The notes: generated by a model from the sequence alone, not told the origin. Positions 13,232-25,756 are shown, numbered from the stretch's first letter. The stretch is DNA of 64,000 bases from Octopus bimaculoides (GCF_001194135.2 NC_068997.1:40208804-40272803), one strand, 5' to 3'. Numbers and translations: made by a program.

Positions 13232-13420
13232 TTTTACTCTTTTATTTGTTTCAGTCATTTGACTGCGGCCATGCTGGAGCACTGCCTTTAGTCGAGAAAA
13301 TCCACCCCAGGACTTATTCTTTGTAAGCCTAGTACTTATTCTATCGGTCTCTTTTTTGCCGAACCACTAAGTTACGGGCACGTAAACACACCAGTAACGG
13401 TTGTCAGACACACAAACACT
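13232..13420 (-). mobile_element. SINE family A, 3' half
   Basis: TTTGTTTCAGTCATTTGACTGCGGCCATGCTGGAGCAC...CCCCAGGACTTATTCTTTGTAAGCCTAGTAC. Confidence 0.85.
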
Positions 13421-13429
13421 ATTTTTATA

Positions 13430-13900
13430 TTGCTTCCATTTTTTGGATTTCCCCTTTTGCTATCATTCCTATGACACCAATGACAACAGGTATTGTTTTA
13501 GTCTTCAGGTTCCACATTTTGCTAATTTCTATTTAAAACTTTTTATACTTGCTCAGTTTTTGGTAGGTCTTGACAGATACATTTATGTCGATAGGGACAG
13601 TCATATCGATGAGGAGGCATGATTTTTATCTGAAATCCTTCAATATGTCTGGCCTATTTGCATCTATCTTTCTGTCATTTTTAACGGTGAAGTTCCAAAG
13701 GAGTGAGATATGATCATTTTCAAGCATTGGTGAAAGTTTGTGTTCCCACCTGTTTTTATCATGGGGCAGGTCCAAGTCTTTGCAAATTACCCAGTGAATA
13801 TACTGTGCTGCTCTATCATGCCTGTTGAGATACTCTGTAGGTGCAAGAAGACTGCACATGGAGACAACATGATCGATGATTTCATTTTGTTGTTTACATA
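13430..13900 (-). mobile_element. Older R4/Dong-type LINE fragment (CCHC plus REL endonuclease)
   Basis: EIIDHVVSMCSLLAPTEYLNRHDRAAQYIHW...LLWNFTVKNDRKIDANRPDI...CLLIDMTVPID..VSVK; stops and frameshifts present. Confidence 0.85.
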
Positions 13901-13916
13901 TACTTACTATTATTAT

Positions 13917-14100
13917 TAAGGCGGCGAGCTGGCAGAATCGTTAGCACACCGGGCGAAACGCTTAGCGTTATTTCGTCTGCCGCTACGTTTTGAGTTCAAA
14001 TTCCGCCGAGATCGGCTTTGCCTTTCGACAAATTAAATACCCGTCAAGTATTCTCCTCCCCCAAAATTGTTGCCCTTGTATCAATATTTGAAACCAATAT
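13917..14100 (+). mobile_element. tRNA-derived SINE (family B)
   Basis: AAGGCGGCGAGCTGGCAGAATCGTTAGCAC...TTGAGTTCAAATTCCGCCGAG (B-box-like)...CTCCCCCAAAATTG. Confidence 0.85.
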
Positions 14101-15440
14101 TATCATTGTGAATGTGTGGTTGTTTGGGTAATGCAAGTATGTTAGAGAATTCAAAAAATCCTTTTTTTTTTGTTTTAGAATGTTTTGACACTGAGACTAT
14201 GTTCGTTCCTGGTGGAATTTTTATTAAATAGTCTATTCATTTTCTCTAGAACGCAGAGGTGGAATCAGTTCTTAACCTTTGAAGAAAAAGCAAGTTTCAA
14301 TTCATAAATACGACCTCTAATCTCCTGATCATTATTAAGTTTGTGAAAATTTTCAGTATAAGTTAATCATCTGTTTTTATTTATTTATTTATTTATTTTG
14401 GATTGAAACTCATAATTACAAAGAAGCAAGCACCAAATCGAAACGCGGTTACAAATAAGTTTTGATACTTCAATAATAATAATTCTCAGACAGATGAAAA
14501 TATAAAACGTAAAATATTTGAATCAATAAATGTAAACGTATCGATAAGTATCTCTTTCACTTATTTGATCATCGCTTTCTAAAATACTATAAAATAGTTG
14601 AGATAGTGTTAAATTTAATGTCTGTCATAGTAAAAGAATTAGTATACACCAATTGTAAAAAAATATTTAAGGAAATTTCTGAACCGAAACTTTTTCACAA
14701 CTATTAACTCCCTAAACTTCAAATGAACAGTCTTGCCTTTCGAAATTGGTCGATTTTTGTCAAAAAAAAAACGAAAAAAATTACAGTTGTACATCAACTA
14801 TCCAAATTAGGTTCACAGAAAATAAATTTAAACGACGATTTAGGTCGCTGGTTTATTTTTCAGCTAACTTGAACTGTTTTAGGATGTATCTATATTTCTA
14901 GTCAGTGTTTACCTTGATTTGCTTCAGAATGGATATAACGTGAATCAGATTGTTGCAATATATGTAGCTTTAGTTCAAAATGAAATATATCATCTACACA
15001 TTTTTAGATAGGTAGATATATAGATAAATAGAGAGTGTGAGAGAGAGAGAGAGAGAGAGAGAGNNNNNNNNNNTATATATATATACATATTGTTATATTT
15101 CAGGATGGACATGTTTTCTTTTTTTTTTTTTTTTGCCAAATAGACACACGCACTATATATTCGTTATTCACTATTCTAATTTTAACTCATGTCCATTGTG
15201 CGCATATCTTTCGTCATACAGCTGTCAACGATTGAAGAACGAATATATAGTGTGTGTTTCACATCAATAATCTTGCGAGACAAATTTATAAACGTGTTTG
15301 TGTGTGTGCATCTATATATGTATGTATATATACACGCACATATCTATATATACACATATATAAGAATATATTGAATATATAAATGCGAAAATGTAATATG
15401 TATACATATACACGTACATATATTCGCATGCTTATTCTTG

Positions 15441-15446
<6 letters not shown>

Positions 15447-15510
<64 letters not shown>
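15447..15510. repeat. (TA)n microsatellite
   Basis: About 32 perfect TA units. Confidence 0.97.
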
Positions 15511-15513
<3 letters not shown>

Positions 15514-15590
15514 CAAATCTATAGAAAACAAGACGAAGACAGGTAAGGGAACAATAAGTAGGTGTGTTAGTTTCCCGTTCTGGAAGAATG

Positions 15591-15632
15591 AAAGCCTGAC
15601 GTTTTGAGCCTACGCTCTTCGACAGAAAGGGA
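15591..15632 (-). ncRNA. Degenerate hammerhead-like motif, same family as 236-276
   Basis: Minus strand CCTTT-CTGTCGA-A-GAGC-GTAG-GCTC-AAAAC-GTC-AGG. Flanking motifs (ACAAGACGAAGACAGG; GAAAAAAACGGAGA) also match the copy near position 250. Confidence 0.5.
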
Positions 15633-16457
15633 TGAGGGAAAAATAATGGAGTGAGAACGAAAAAAACGGAGAGAGAAAAATACATGTGTAGGGATTAACA
15701 GGATGAAATAATCGGAAGAAGATACATACTTACATACATACGTGTGTGTGTGTGTCTATTTGTGTGCATATGTATATCTATATGCATGTATATACACACA
15801 CCTAGATTTTTTGCAGACAATTGCAGATGCAAGTACTACCAGTTGAAAGCTCCGCATACCGGATGCTAGCAAGTTTATGGTGTCATTAGGAGAGAATGCG
15901 TGCATATATAAATGTTTGAAAATACAAGTATTTGGAAATGATAAAAATAGCTCCTTGCGCTTCTGTTAAGTGAATATCTGTTATGTGGCTGTGATAGGTC
16001 ATTTTTCTTAAGGTTGATTATGTAAATGATAGGGAGATGAAAATGTGACCAAAAGGAAAATGAATAAACGAAGATGAAAAATATATAATAGGCCGGAAGT
16101 GGGAGAAATATAACGATAAGTGTTATCAATACATCAACAATATGAGGTAATATTGGAAATATTTCTCACTGAAGTGCCGTGCTGCAGAAATAAGAACATG
16201 AAATAGAGGCATGAAGAAAAATGTTGAAAGAAATTGAGTTGTCATCTTTGTTAAACGATTGGTTTATTATTACACAACAGGAACAACTTGACTTGAAGAA
16301 ATAATACACTCGTACTATGTAATTGTTTACATAAAGCAAAATATTTGGGTAGTTTTTAAATGGCAGATCAGATCCACCACAGAAAACTGTCAACAAAAGT
16401 TTCTCACACTCTAACAGCGTGTATGTTTCTTCTTTCTTTCCCTTGTGTGTGTGTGTG

Positions 16458-16492
<35 letters not shown>

Positions 16493-16689
16493 GTGTATGT
16501 GTGCGTGCGTGCGTGCGTGTGCATGCGCTTGTGTGAACCGTTTTTTTTTTACCTTTTCTCTGTCATGTTGCAGATAGTTTTAATTATAATTATTATTATT
16601 CGGTTGTATTTATTTTATTACGTTTTCACAGCACTGACGAGCGCATCTCTGTGTACCTTAGATATGTAATGTTGTATGTTTCAGTGTTA

Positions 16690-17385
16690 TTATTTTTACG
16701 GCTGTGAAAGTGGTTTAAGTAGGATGTGTGTAGTACCTAGCAGTTCTATTTTCTATACACTATGTATATGTGTAAGTCTTTGTGTTTGATAACGTATTTG
16801 TCAGTATGCTTATTCTTGATCTTCACCATATGCTTTTGTTGGTTTCTTTTTTACCTTGTGCTGCTACTAAAAATCCTTCAGTCTCTTTTTTAAGTCCTGA
16901 ACTTCTCCGTGTTGGTATTTTACATCATCTGTTTCCTATTTTTTTTTTTTAGCTTATCCCAGTATTTGCCATATAAGGGCTTTTCTTGCCATCGTTTTAT
17001 CATGACTTTAGTTTCAGTTTTAGCTTAGTCTTTCGTTGATTTATTGCTTTTGACATTTCTCCATAGTTGTATTACAACCTCTTTATATTTTCGGCAACGT
17101 TGAAGACAGAGAAGTGTTTTGTTTTGCTTATACTTTGTGATTATTTGTATCAGTTTTCGTTGGTTCTGACTTTCCTTGGTTCTGTAATCCTATGGGGGAT
17201 ATTTTCTAGTAGTTTTATAGTTGTATTAGGCCTCTACAACCTTCAATCCCTTCTATATATAACGTTTCTATATCAGATTTTCAGCTGTGCATTCTAAATT
17301 GAATCTTTATTTTCCATTCCTGCCTAGTTTGGCTACATCATTTAGTGTTCAGTTAACACTATTATAGCATCAATACTCTAACTGG
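16690..17385 (-). mobile_element. Internally deleted, decayed R4/Dong-type LINE
   Basis: RMHS*KSDIETLYIEGIEGCRGLIQL, WQEKPLYGKYW, GLKKETEGFLVAAQ and KIELLGTTHIL in order. Confidence 0.8.
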
Positions 17386-17769
17386 GACGTCATCATCATC
17401 ACCACCACCAAAATCACCAACACCACCACCACCACCACCATCATTATCATCAACATCATTATTATAATTATTGTTCAACATTTGGAAGTTTTAGGCAAAT
17501 TTCTACTGCCTCACCTGCTACACCCCCGTGATGCTGGGGTGTGTGCAGCATTGCGTGTTCTTTGTTGTTGCTGGGAGTGTGCAAACGCTTGCTGGTATTG
17601 CATTGCGTCAGTTCTCTTGAGGTGTAGTGCAGTCTTTTGTTGTATTACTTTTTGTATTGTGTGTTGAATGTGTAATGCGTTGGTTATCCAGCTTGCTGAT
17701 GGAAGTATATTTAAGAATATTTTCTGTGTAGACTGTCTTCTGTTTGTGGTTTGTGTTTTTAGGTTGTAT

Positions 17770-17965
17770 TATTGAATTAATAGTTTCTTGCGTAGGATGT
17801 GGGTTGTTCTTAACAGGGCTACTTTTTCGATAGTGTATAATGTTGAGGTTCCAGGAATAGCTTCTATGTTTTTGTTCATATGTCTTTTTTATCATGCAAT
17901 GCTCCATTTATTATTGATACACCTCGCACCTGATGCCCCATAGTTCAATTTCTAGGTCTTTGTTA
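17770..17965 (-). mobile_element. R4/Dong-type LINE 3' fragment
   Basis: KDLEIELWG...IPGTSTLYTIEKVALLRTTHILRKKLLIQ*; (TAA)n-like tract at its 5' junction (17966-18012). Confidence 0.75.
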
Positions 17966-18532
17966 TTATTATTATTATTATTTCGTAAATTATAATAATA
18001 TTATTATTATTATTTCGTAAACGGGATGTGAGTTCTAAGGGTATTTTGTACATAATTCAACGATATTTTTCTCCTTTTTTCATTTCATTACTGTCCAACT
18101 TTAATATTGAAGTACTTTAAGTGTTTTTAAAACCCGCTTCATGTACGGTGGCACGTTAAAATATTTTATTAGTTATGTTGATATCATTTATTATATAGTC
18201 TTAGTTGTTTGATTTTACCTCTGCATTTACATCCAATCAAATACTTTCATATATTTTGCTTCCCTTTGCACGCAATCAAATGCCTCGTATTTGCGCTCCT
18301 TTTCAACATATTCTTACTAATGGTTTCTAGTTTCATTCCTCAAATTTAGTTCGAGAATCTGAGATAAGCAACTTAGAGTTTAAGCCTCGGGTTTGATAAA
18401 TATGTTTCTTCATTTTACTTACAAATTATCTCATTTTACAATTCTCTGTATAATGAATATTTGGTTTTAAAGTGCTAACATACACGCACGCGCACATGCA
18501 TACACATATGTACACGCACGCACAGACACAGA

Positions 18533-18565
<33 letters not shown>

Positions 18566-19739
18566 ACATATGTCTATATATTTATGTTCACATACAAGCA
18601 TATGCATATTATATAATTATATATACATACAGTGCATCTGGCAAGAGGTGCACTGTTCACCAGTACAGGTTATGCTTTCTAGGTGGCAAAAATGGTGCTT
18701 GTCTAGCACAAGGTGTCCACCTTAAACATACTGATAGTGTAGGTCATTTGCTGACACCTGAGTGCATATATATTATATATCTAGTCCGCAGATGAGATCC
18801 AGAGATTCTCAGTATAGAAGACGCTTAGTTGTACTCAAAAAATTCAAACTTCGATAGCTTTACAGGGGATTGCTTCTGCCAGGTAAAGAATGGCAGTAAG
18901 AGAGATCAATTTGAGTGGATATAGAGGCAATCATGCCTCTGTATATTAAATGTATCTAATCTGTTTATCTGTATAATTGCCTCTATATACCGTACATACA
19001 TATATAAATACACACGCACGCAGACACAAACACACGCACGCACACACGCACACACACACACACACNNNNNNNNNNNNNNNNNNNNNNNNNNNNNNNNNNN
19101 NNNNNNNNNNNNNNNNNNNNNNNNNNNNNNNNNNNNNNNNNNNNNNNNNNNNNNNNNNNNNNNNNNNNNNNNNNNNNNNNNNNNNNNNNNNNNNNNNNNN
19201 NNNNNNNNNNNNNNNNNNNNNNNNNNNNNNNNNNNNNNNNNNNNNNNNNNNNNNNNNNNNNNNNNNNNNNNNNNNNNNNNNNNNNNNNNNNNNNNNNNNN
19301 NNNNNNNNNNNNNNNNNNNNNNNNNNNNNNNNNNNNNNNNNNNNNNNNNNNNNNNNNNNNNNNNNNNNNNNNNNNNNNNNNNNNNNNNNNNNNNNNNNNN
19401 NNNNNNNNNNNNNNNNNNNNNNNNNNNNNNNNNNNNNNNNNNNNNNNNNNNNNNNNNNNNNNNNNNNNNNNNNNNNNNNNNNNNNNNNNNNNNNNNNNNN
19501 NNNNNNNNNNNNNNNNNNNNNNNNNNNNNNNNNNNNNNNGATGGGTTGACAAATTCTTTAGAGCCTTTGGAAAAAATGCCTTGCGTACTTTATTCCACCT
19601 TTTGAATTTTCTTTTCAAATCCTGCTGGGATCATTTTTTTTTGTACCCTTTCGAGGGCAATAAAATATTGTACTAATCATGTACTGTCGTCGATGGTGTC
19701 GACTAACTTCTCATTAAAATTGTTAGCCTCGTGCAAAAT

Positions 19740-19791
<52 letters not shown>

Positions 19792-19792
19792 C

Positions 19793-19890
19793 CGAAAGCA
19801 TCACCGAAAATGATAATGCAAAGATCTTATGGGAATTTATGATTCCGTGTGACCATGAGATAGAGAATAGGAAACCAGATATAATATTAA
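19793..19890 (+). mobile_element. R4-type REL endonuclease fragment after (TAA)n
   Basis: ESITENDNAKILWEFMIPCDHEIENRKPDII, directly after the (TAA)n run at 19741-19790. Confidence 0.75.
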
Positions 19891-20627
19891 TGGCATGATA
19901 GAAGGCAGTAAGAACTTCTTTATTATCACATCCAGACCACTTTTCATTCTTTTTCTTTTGGCTATTTTATGACGAACATGGATGGCCATCTGTTGGGATA
20001 TTCCGTTTGTGGGGTACTTCCAGCTCCTGTGTTTCGGGAAGATTTGAACCATTAGCTGATTTTTCGCCTCGAATCTGGTTCATCATTCGCGTACGTGGTC
20101 CTTGATGTTCCTGGTCACGACCAATCCGTATTTTTCCTTGTTATCATTGAGGTATGACGAGTTTGGACGTTGACATTAGGGGACGGATCTGTCTATTTAG
20201 GGTTAATATTTTGAGACAACACCGCCTGCGAGTTCTCTGCATGTAAACATTACTCGTAGCGTAGTTTCTTAAGGCTAACAGAACTGTATACGTCTGTATT
20301 TTTTATTTTGTTGTTGATAGATTTTTCTCCGAGCAGTTTTTATTGTGCTGTTTTTAAACTTATGAATTGTTCACTCTGTGTTAGTTCGAAAAATAAAAGT
20401 TAGTTTTGTTTTTTTGTTTTGTTTTGTTTTAACCTTATTTGTGACACGTGTTTTCATATGCGTGTATATGCGTCCTGTATATTTCGCCCATGTTTCACTG
20501 AGACATCGTGCATAGGAGAAACTGTGCTTTGTATGGCAGTAAAATTTCGTTTTGGGCATTATTTTCGTTAATTGACTGCTTCCTTCAAGTCTTTTACAGG
20601 TTTCTTTATCCCATTCCACCGATGTTA

Positions 20628-21465
20628 TTAGATTAGATTTGTTTTATAACGTGCTTTCACTTCACTACCGAGCGCAGCTCTGTGTGCCTTGGGTATGTGC
20701 TGTGGTTTGCTCTGATGCTCTTATGGTTACTGTATTGAAAGTGTTTTGCGCAGGATGTGTGCAGTGCCCAGTAGTGCAATTTTCTGTATTTATATATATT
20801 TGTAAGTCCTGGTGTTTTTGTTATGTATTTGTCTGAATATTTCTTTTTTATACATAAGGCACCTACTATGATAGGAATTGTTTCTGTTTTTAGATTCCAC
20901 ATTCGAGTTACCTCTATTTCCAGGTCTTTGTATTTTGAAAGTTTCTCCATTTCTTTTAGGGAAACGTTGTCATCTGCTGGTATTGATGCATCAATTAGAA
21001 ATCATTTTTTTCCTTAATGATTTTTGACAACTATATCTGGTCTATTTGCCTTAATTTCTCTATCTGTGTGTAATGGCATATCCCAGAGTATGGTTGCTTT
21101 CTCGTTTTCTGTGACCTTTTCTAACGTGTGGTTATGCCATCTTTTTTCTGTTGTTATTCCATAGTGTTGGCATAGCTTCCAGTGTATATAGGTCCCAGCT
21201 CTGTCGTGTCTGTGAATATATTCCATCTTAACCAGGACTGGGCAGCCAGAGATAATATGATTTATTGTTTCTTGTCCATCGCCACATATTCTGCAGTTAC
21301 TTGTTTTGTTTCTTTTCATTATATGGTTTTGGTAATTTCTGGTAGGGAGACTTTGGACTTCTGCAGCAATTAAAAATCGTTCAATCTCTGCTTTGAGTCC
21401 TGAGCTTCTCAAACACTGCTGGGATTTTTCTCTGTCTATTTCTTTTTATTATTGTTATTATACTA
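20628..21465 (-). mobile_element. R4/Dong-type LINE 3' part (CCHC knuckle plus PD-(D/E)xK endonuclease plus 3' UTR)
   Basis: LRSSGLKAE...CRICGDGQETINHIISGCP...RHD...ATILWDMPLHTDREIKANRPDIVVK...FLIDASIPADDNVSLKEMEKLSKYKDLEIE; 3' UTR nearly identical to 10578-10660. Confidence 0.93.
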
Positions 21466-21589
21466 TAGGTAGATTGCTCCAATTACCACAGGTATCACCA
21501 TTATTTTCCTCATGCCCCATAACTTTCTTGTCTCATCCCGCAGTGGCTAGTATTTCTCAATCTGTTTATTATTATTATTATTAACATTA

Positions 21590-21982
21590 TTATTGTTCAG
21601 TAGTTTTATTTTTATAACGTGCTTTCACTTCACTACCGAGCGCAGCTCTGTGCGCCTTGGGTATGTGCTGTGGTTTGCTGTGGTGCTCTTATGTTTACTG
21701 TATTGAAAGTGTTTTGCGTAGAATGTGTGCAATACCCAGTAGTGCAATTTTCTGTATGTTATATATATTTGTAAGTCCTGGTGTTTTTGTTATGTATTTG
21801 TCTGAATATTTTTTTATTATATTTAAGGCACCTACTATGATAGGAATTGTTTCTGTTTTTAGATTCCACATTCGAGTTACCTCTATTTCCAGGTCTTTGT
21901 ATTTTGAAAGTTTTTCCATTTCTTTTAGAGAAACGTTGTCATCTGCTGGTATTGATGCATCAATTAGAAAGCATTTTTTTCT

Positions 21983-21985
<3 letters not shown>
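21590..21985 (-). mobile_element. Young 5'-truncated R4/Dong-type LINE copy
   Basis: FLIDASIPADDNVSLKEMEKLSKYKDLEIEVTRMWNLKTETIPIIVGAL...HILRKTLSIQ* with complete 3' UTR; (TAA)n on both sides (21568-21592, 21984-22018). Confidence 0.93.
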
Positions 21986-22018
<33 letters not shown>

Positions 22019-22933
22019 NNNNNNNNNNNNNNNNNNNNNNNNNNNNNNNNNNNNNNNNNNNNNNNNNNNNNNNNNNNNNNNNNNNNNNNNNNNNNNNNNN
22101 NNNNNNNNNNNNNNNNNNNNNNNNNNNNNNNNNNNNNNNNNNNNNNNNNNNNNNNNNNNNNNNNNNNNNNNNNNNNNNNNNNNNNNNNNNNNNNNNNNNN
22201 NNNNNNNNNNNNNNNNNNNNNNNNNNNNNNNNNNNNNNNNNNNNNNNNNNNNNNNNNNNNNNNNNNNNNNNNNNNNNNNNNNNNNNNNNNNNNNNNNNNN
22301 NNNNNNNNNNNNNNNNNNNNNNNNNNNNNNNNNNNNNNNNNNNNNNNNNNNNNNNNNNNNNNNNNNNNNNNNNNNNNNNNNNNNNNNNNNNNNNNNNNNN
22401 NNNNNNNNNNNNNNNNNNNNNNNNNNNNNNNNNNNNNNNNNNNNNNNNNNNNNNNNNNNNNNNNNNNNNNNNNNNNNNNNNNNNNNNNNNNNNNNNNNNN
22501 NNNNNNNNNNNNNNNNNNNNNNNNNNNNNNNNNNNNNNNNNNNNNNNNNNNNNNNNNNNNNNNNNNNNNNNNNNNNNNNNNNNNNNNNNNNNNNNNNNNN
22601 NNNNNNNNNNNNNNNNNNNNNNNNNNNNNNNNNNNNNNNNNNNNNNNNNNNNNNNNNNNNNNNNNNNNNNNNNNNNNNNNNNNNNNNNNNNNNNNNNNNN
22701 NNNNNNNNNNNNNNNNNNNNNNNNNNNNNNNNNNNNNNNNNNNNNNNNNNNNNNNNNNNNNNNNNNNNNNNNNNNNNNNNNNNNNNNNNNNNNNNNNNNN
22801 NNNNNNNNNNNNNNNNNNNNNNNNNNNNNNNNNNNNNNNNNNNNNNNNNNNNNNNNNNNNNNNNNNNNNNNNNNNNNNNNNNNNGTGAGAAATACAGTTT
22901 TCTGTTTGCATCCTTTACATACACCAAACCTCT

Positions 22934-22972
<39 letters not shown>

Positions 22973-23404
22973 GTGTGGTTGAACGTTATTACATTCTAGT
23001 AGCGGTCATTGTGTCCTTGGAACCAGATAGATGGAGGAAAGTAGAAGGTGCTTCATACATTGGCGGACATCGTCTGTGTCCACTACGAATAGCCATAATT
23101 GAAACTATAGATGCAGTTGCCTAGTAATGGTCAAGTATATATCGATGTTTGCAATGGACAGCCTGCGGTAGTGTTGGCTAAAATGCTGGACAAAGAATCA
23201 CATTCTCGTATAAAATGGCAATGAAAAGGAAGAGAGCAGTAAGAGGGAGGTTTGTAATGTCGTTGTAAGAAGGAGTGGGAGGTGGTATGGTGGGTGTAGG
23301 GGAGTCAGAAGGGGACAGGCTGACTGGCGTTTGTCATATTATTACAACGATGGCCTTTCTTTCAGGCAGTATACTCATTGCATTCCTTACAACTGCTTCA
23401 ATTC

Positions 23405-23412
23405 CTACTCAC

Positions 23413-23443
<31 letters not shown>

Positions 23444-23958
23444 GTCGTCGTCGTCGTCGTCGTCGTCGTCCATACAACCACCACTCCCACTATGACAACC
23501 ACCAGCACCAACACCACCACCAGTAGCTCCACAACCACCAACACCACTACCACCACCAGTATTGCAATTTTATCACATTGCAATACTTGTGCTGGTAGTG
23601 GAGGTAGTGGTGGAGGTGGTGGCGGTGGTGGTAGTGGTGGTGGTGGTGGTGNNNNNNNNNNGTGGTAGTGGTGGTGGCTTTTCTTAACAGCTACCATCAC
23701 TGGAGCTGATGAGAAAACCTCTATGTGTTCCCTCGACAAGCTAGAAATAACAGCGAAATTTAACTCTAAGTTAACACTCTACCAACTTAGTACAAAAAAG
23801 GACATATTGGCAATAGATTCCTAGATACACTGACTAAAAAAAAAATTTAAAAATTAAACGACATCGTAACACTGGATGGAACACCTATCATATATACATA
23901 CTTCATTCGAGATGATTCGAGAACAAACAACCCCGGCCACCTTCACAACTGCTGATGT

Positions 23959-24020
<62 letters not shown>
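23405..24020. repeat. Compound trinucleotide tracts (CAT/CGT/ACC/GGT/TAC)
   Basis: (CAT)n-(CGT)n-(ACC)-rich, then (GGT)n, then a perfect (TAC)n at about 23960-24020. Confidence 0.9.
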
Positions 24021-24599
24021 TAGTTCAACTTACCATAATACTTCATCGCTACAACAGGATAGCAAAATTTCCCAGGGTTGTTTAAGATACACCCCTTACT
24101 TATATGCTTCTATTTAATGTTTAAGCATTTTCAATATCTGAGTTTTCTTCCTTGTTCTTCTTTAAAAGAAATTCTTTTAAATCTAAGGATATTTATTCCC
24201 ATTATATTGATTAAATATTCTTTTTGGCTCCCTATGTGACCCCTGAACTTAACTATATCCCTTCTTAGAGAAATATTCCACAGAATATTATAATGGTTAT
24301 TGTTCTGAATAACCTTACCTGTAACAGCTGAAACTTCAATCGTGAACCAACGACATTACTTCTATGTGGTCACTAGTCTTCCAGAAATAGTAGTCAAATC
24401 TTCAGGTATTAGTGTCTTTAAAACAGAAAGAACGCAATGGATATTCTACTCTAAAATATGCAAATAAGTGGGATCAGCCATTTCTGAAAAGCCTTTACTC
24501 AACACCCTAGTATGTTCCAACACACCAAAATACTACCTCGTTACAACACTTCAATACACTCAGACACAAAAGCCATTTATGTAATTTATCAAAGCGCAT

Positions 24600-24775
24600 T
24601 CGTGGTTGTGTGGTACGAAGTTTGCTCCCCACTGCGAGGCACCTTTGGCAAGTGTCTTGCACTTCAGTCTCGGACCAACCAAATACTGGGATCGATTCGT
24701 TCGAATAAAATTCTTCAGGGCGGTGCCCCAGCAGAGCTGCAGTCTAATGACTGAAACAAGTACAAGACAAAAAAT
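24600..24775 (+). mobile_element. SINE family A, internally deleted
   Basis: GGCACCTTTGGCAAGTGTCTTGCACT...GGGATCGATTCGTTCGA...GACTGAAACAAGTA. Confidence 0.7.
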
Positions 24776-25042
24776 ATATCACTGCTACACCAAAATTGCA
24801 ATACAATCGTGCTTTATACATTTCAGACACTATTCCAGTGTCCTCAAACACACCACTAAACTAATACACTAGAAAAGTTCACCAATACATTCCAATACAC
24901 CACTACCATTTACCATCGCCATACTATACAAATATAGTTTAATACTCTGCGAATACACGAAAAAACATCATTCATTGTGTTTGTTTCAACATACTATTAC
25001 TCTGCGCCATTGCAATAGTCTCCATGTGAAGGTATATGTGAA

Positions 25043-25352
25043 GGTATATGGCTGAATGGGGAGGGTGTTTGGTTCACGATCTTCACGCTCGTGAAGTTGA
25101 TTCACGACGGCGCGTTGTGTCCTTGAGCAAGACACTTTATTTCACGTTGCTCTATTTCACTCAGCTGGCGAAAACAAGTGTTACCAGTAATTCAAAGCGT
25201 TAGCCTTGTCACATTCAGGCTAAATTTCGCTCAGAACTACGTTAAGGGTATGCGTGTCTGTGGAGCGCTCAGCCAGTTGCACGTTAATTGCACGAGCAGG
25301 CTGTTCTGTTGATCACATCAACAGGAACCGCTCGTCGTAACCGACGGTGTAC
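25043..25352 (+). mobile_element. tRNA-derived SINE (family C)
   Basis: GTTGTGTCCTTGAGCAAGACACTTTATTTCACGTTGCTC...GAACTACGTTAAGGGTATGCGTGTCTGTGGAG...CGTCGTAACCGACGG. Confidence 0.85.
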
Positions 25353-25756
25353 CAGTACCTCTCCCTACACCACTTCCTTCCAACACCATTTCATTGAAAC
25401 ATTGCAACTCTTCCACTCACCACCTTCCAATAGATTACTGTCAATAAATTATTGCTAATTAATGCAAAAACCGCAGTTAATTTAATCTAAATTCACCCTT
25501 TCAAAAGACCCTTTCAAAGACCCTTTCAAAACAAATCCACTACAATACTCTTGTGATAAAAAAACTTACCACCAATTCAGCATTGCGTTGCTAGTGCACT
25601 AGCCGTAATCACGACCTCGTTTAACATTACCCTATCGTACATTACATCAACAGAAACTATTACCTCCACTTCAACATACCGTCTTCGACTCAAAAGTCTG
25701 TCGCCCTTCAAACACACTACCTCTTAAGTACACTTCATAAACGGAAACTATTATAT

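Noticed and set aside
18630-18770. Possible exon or structured RNA (short hairpins, AG/GT-bounded stretch)
   Set aside because: Hairpins are only 6-9 bp and no recognisable peptide results; chance level.
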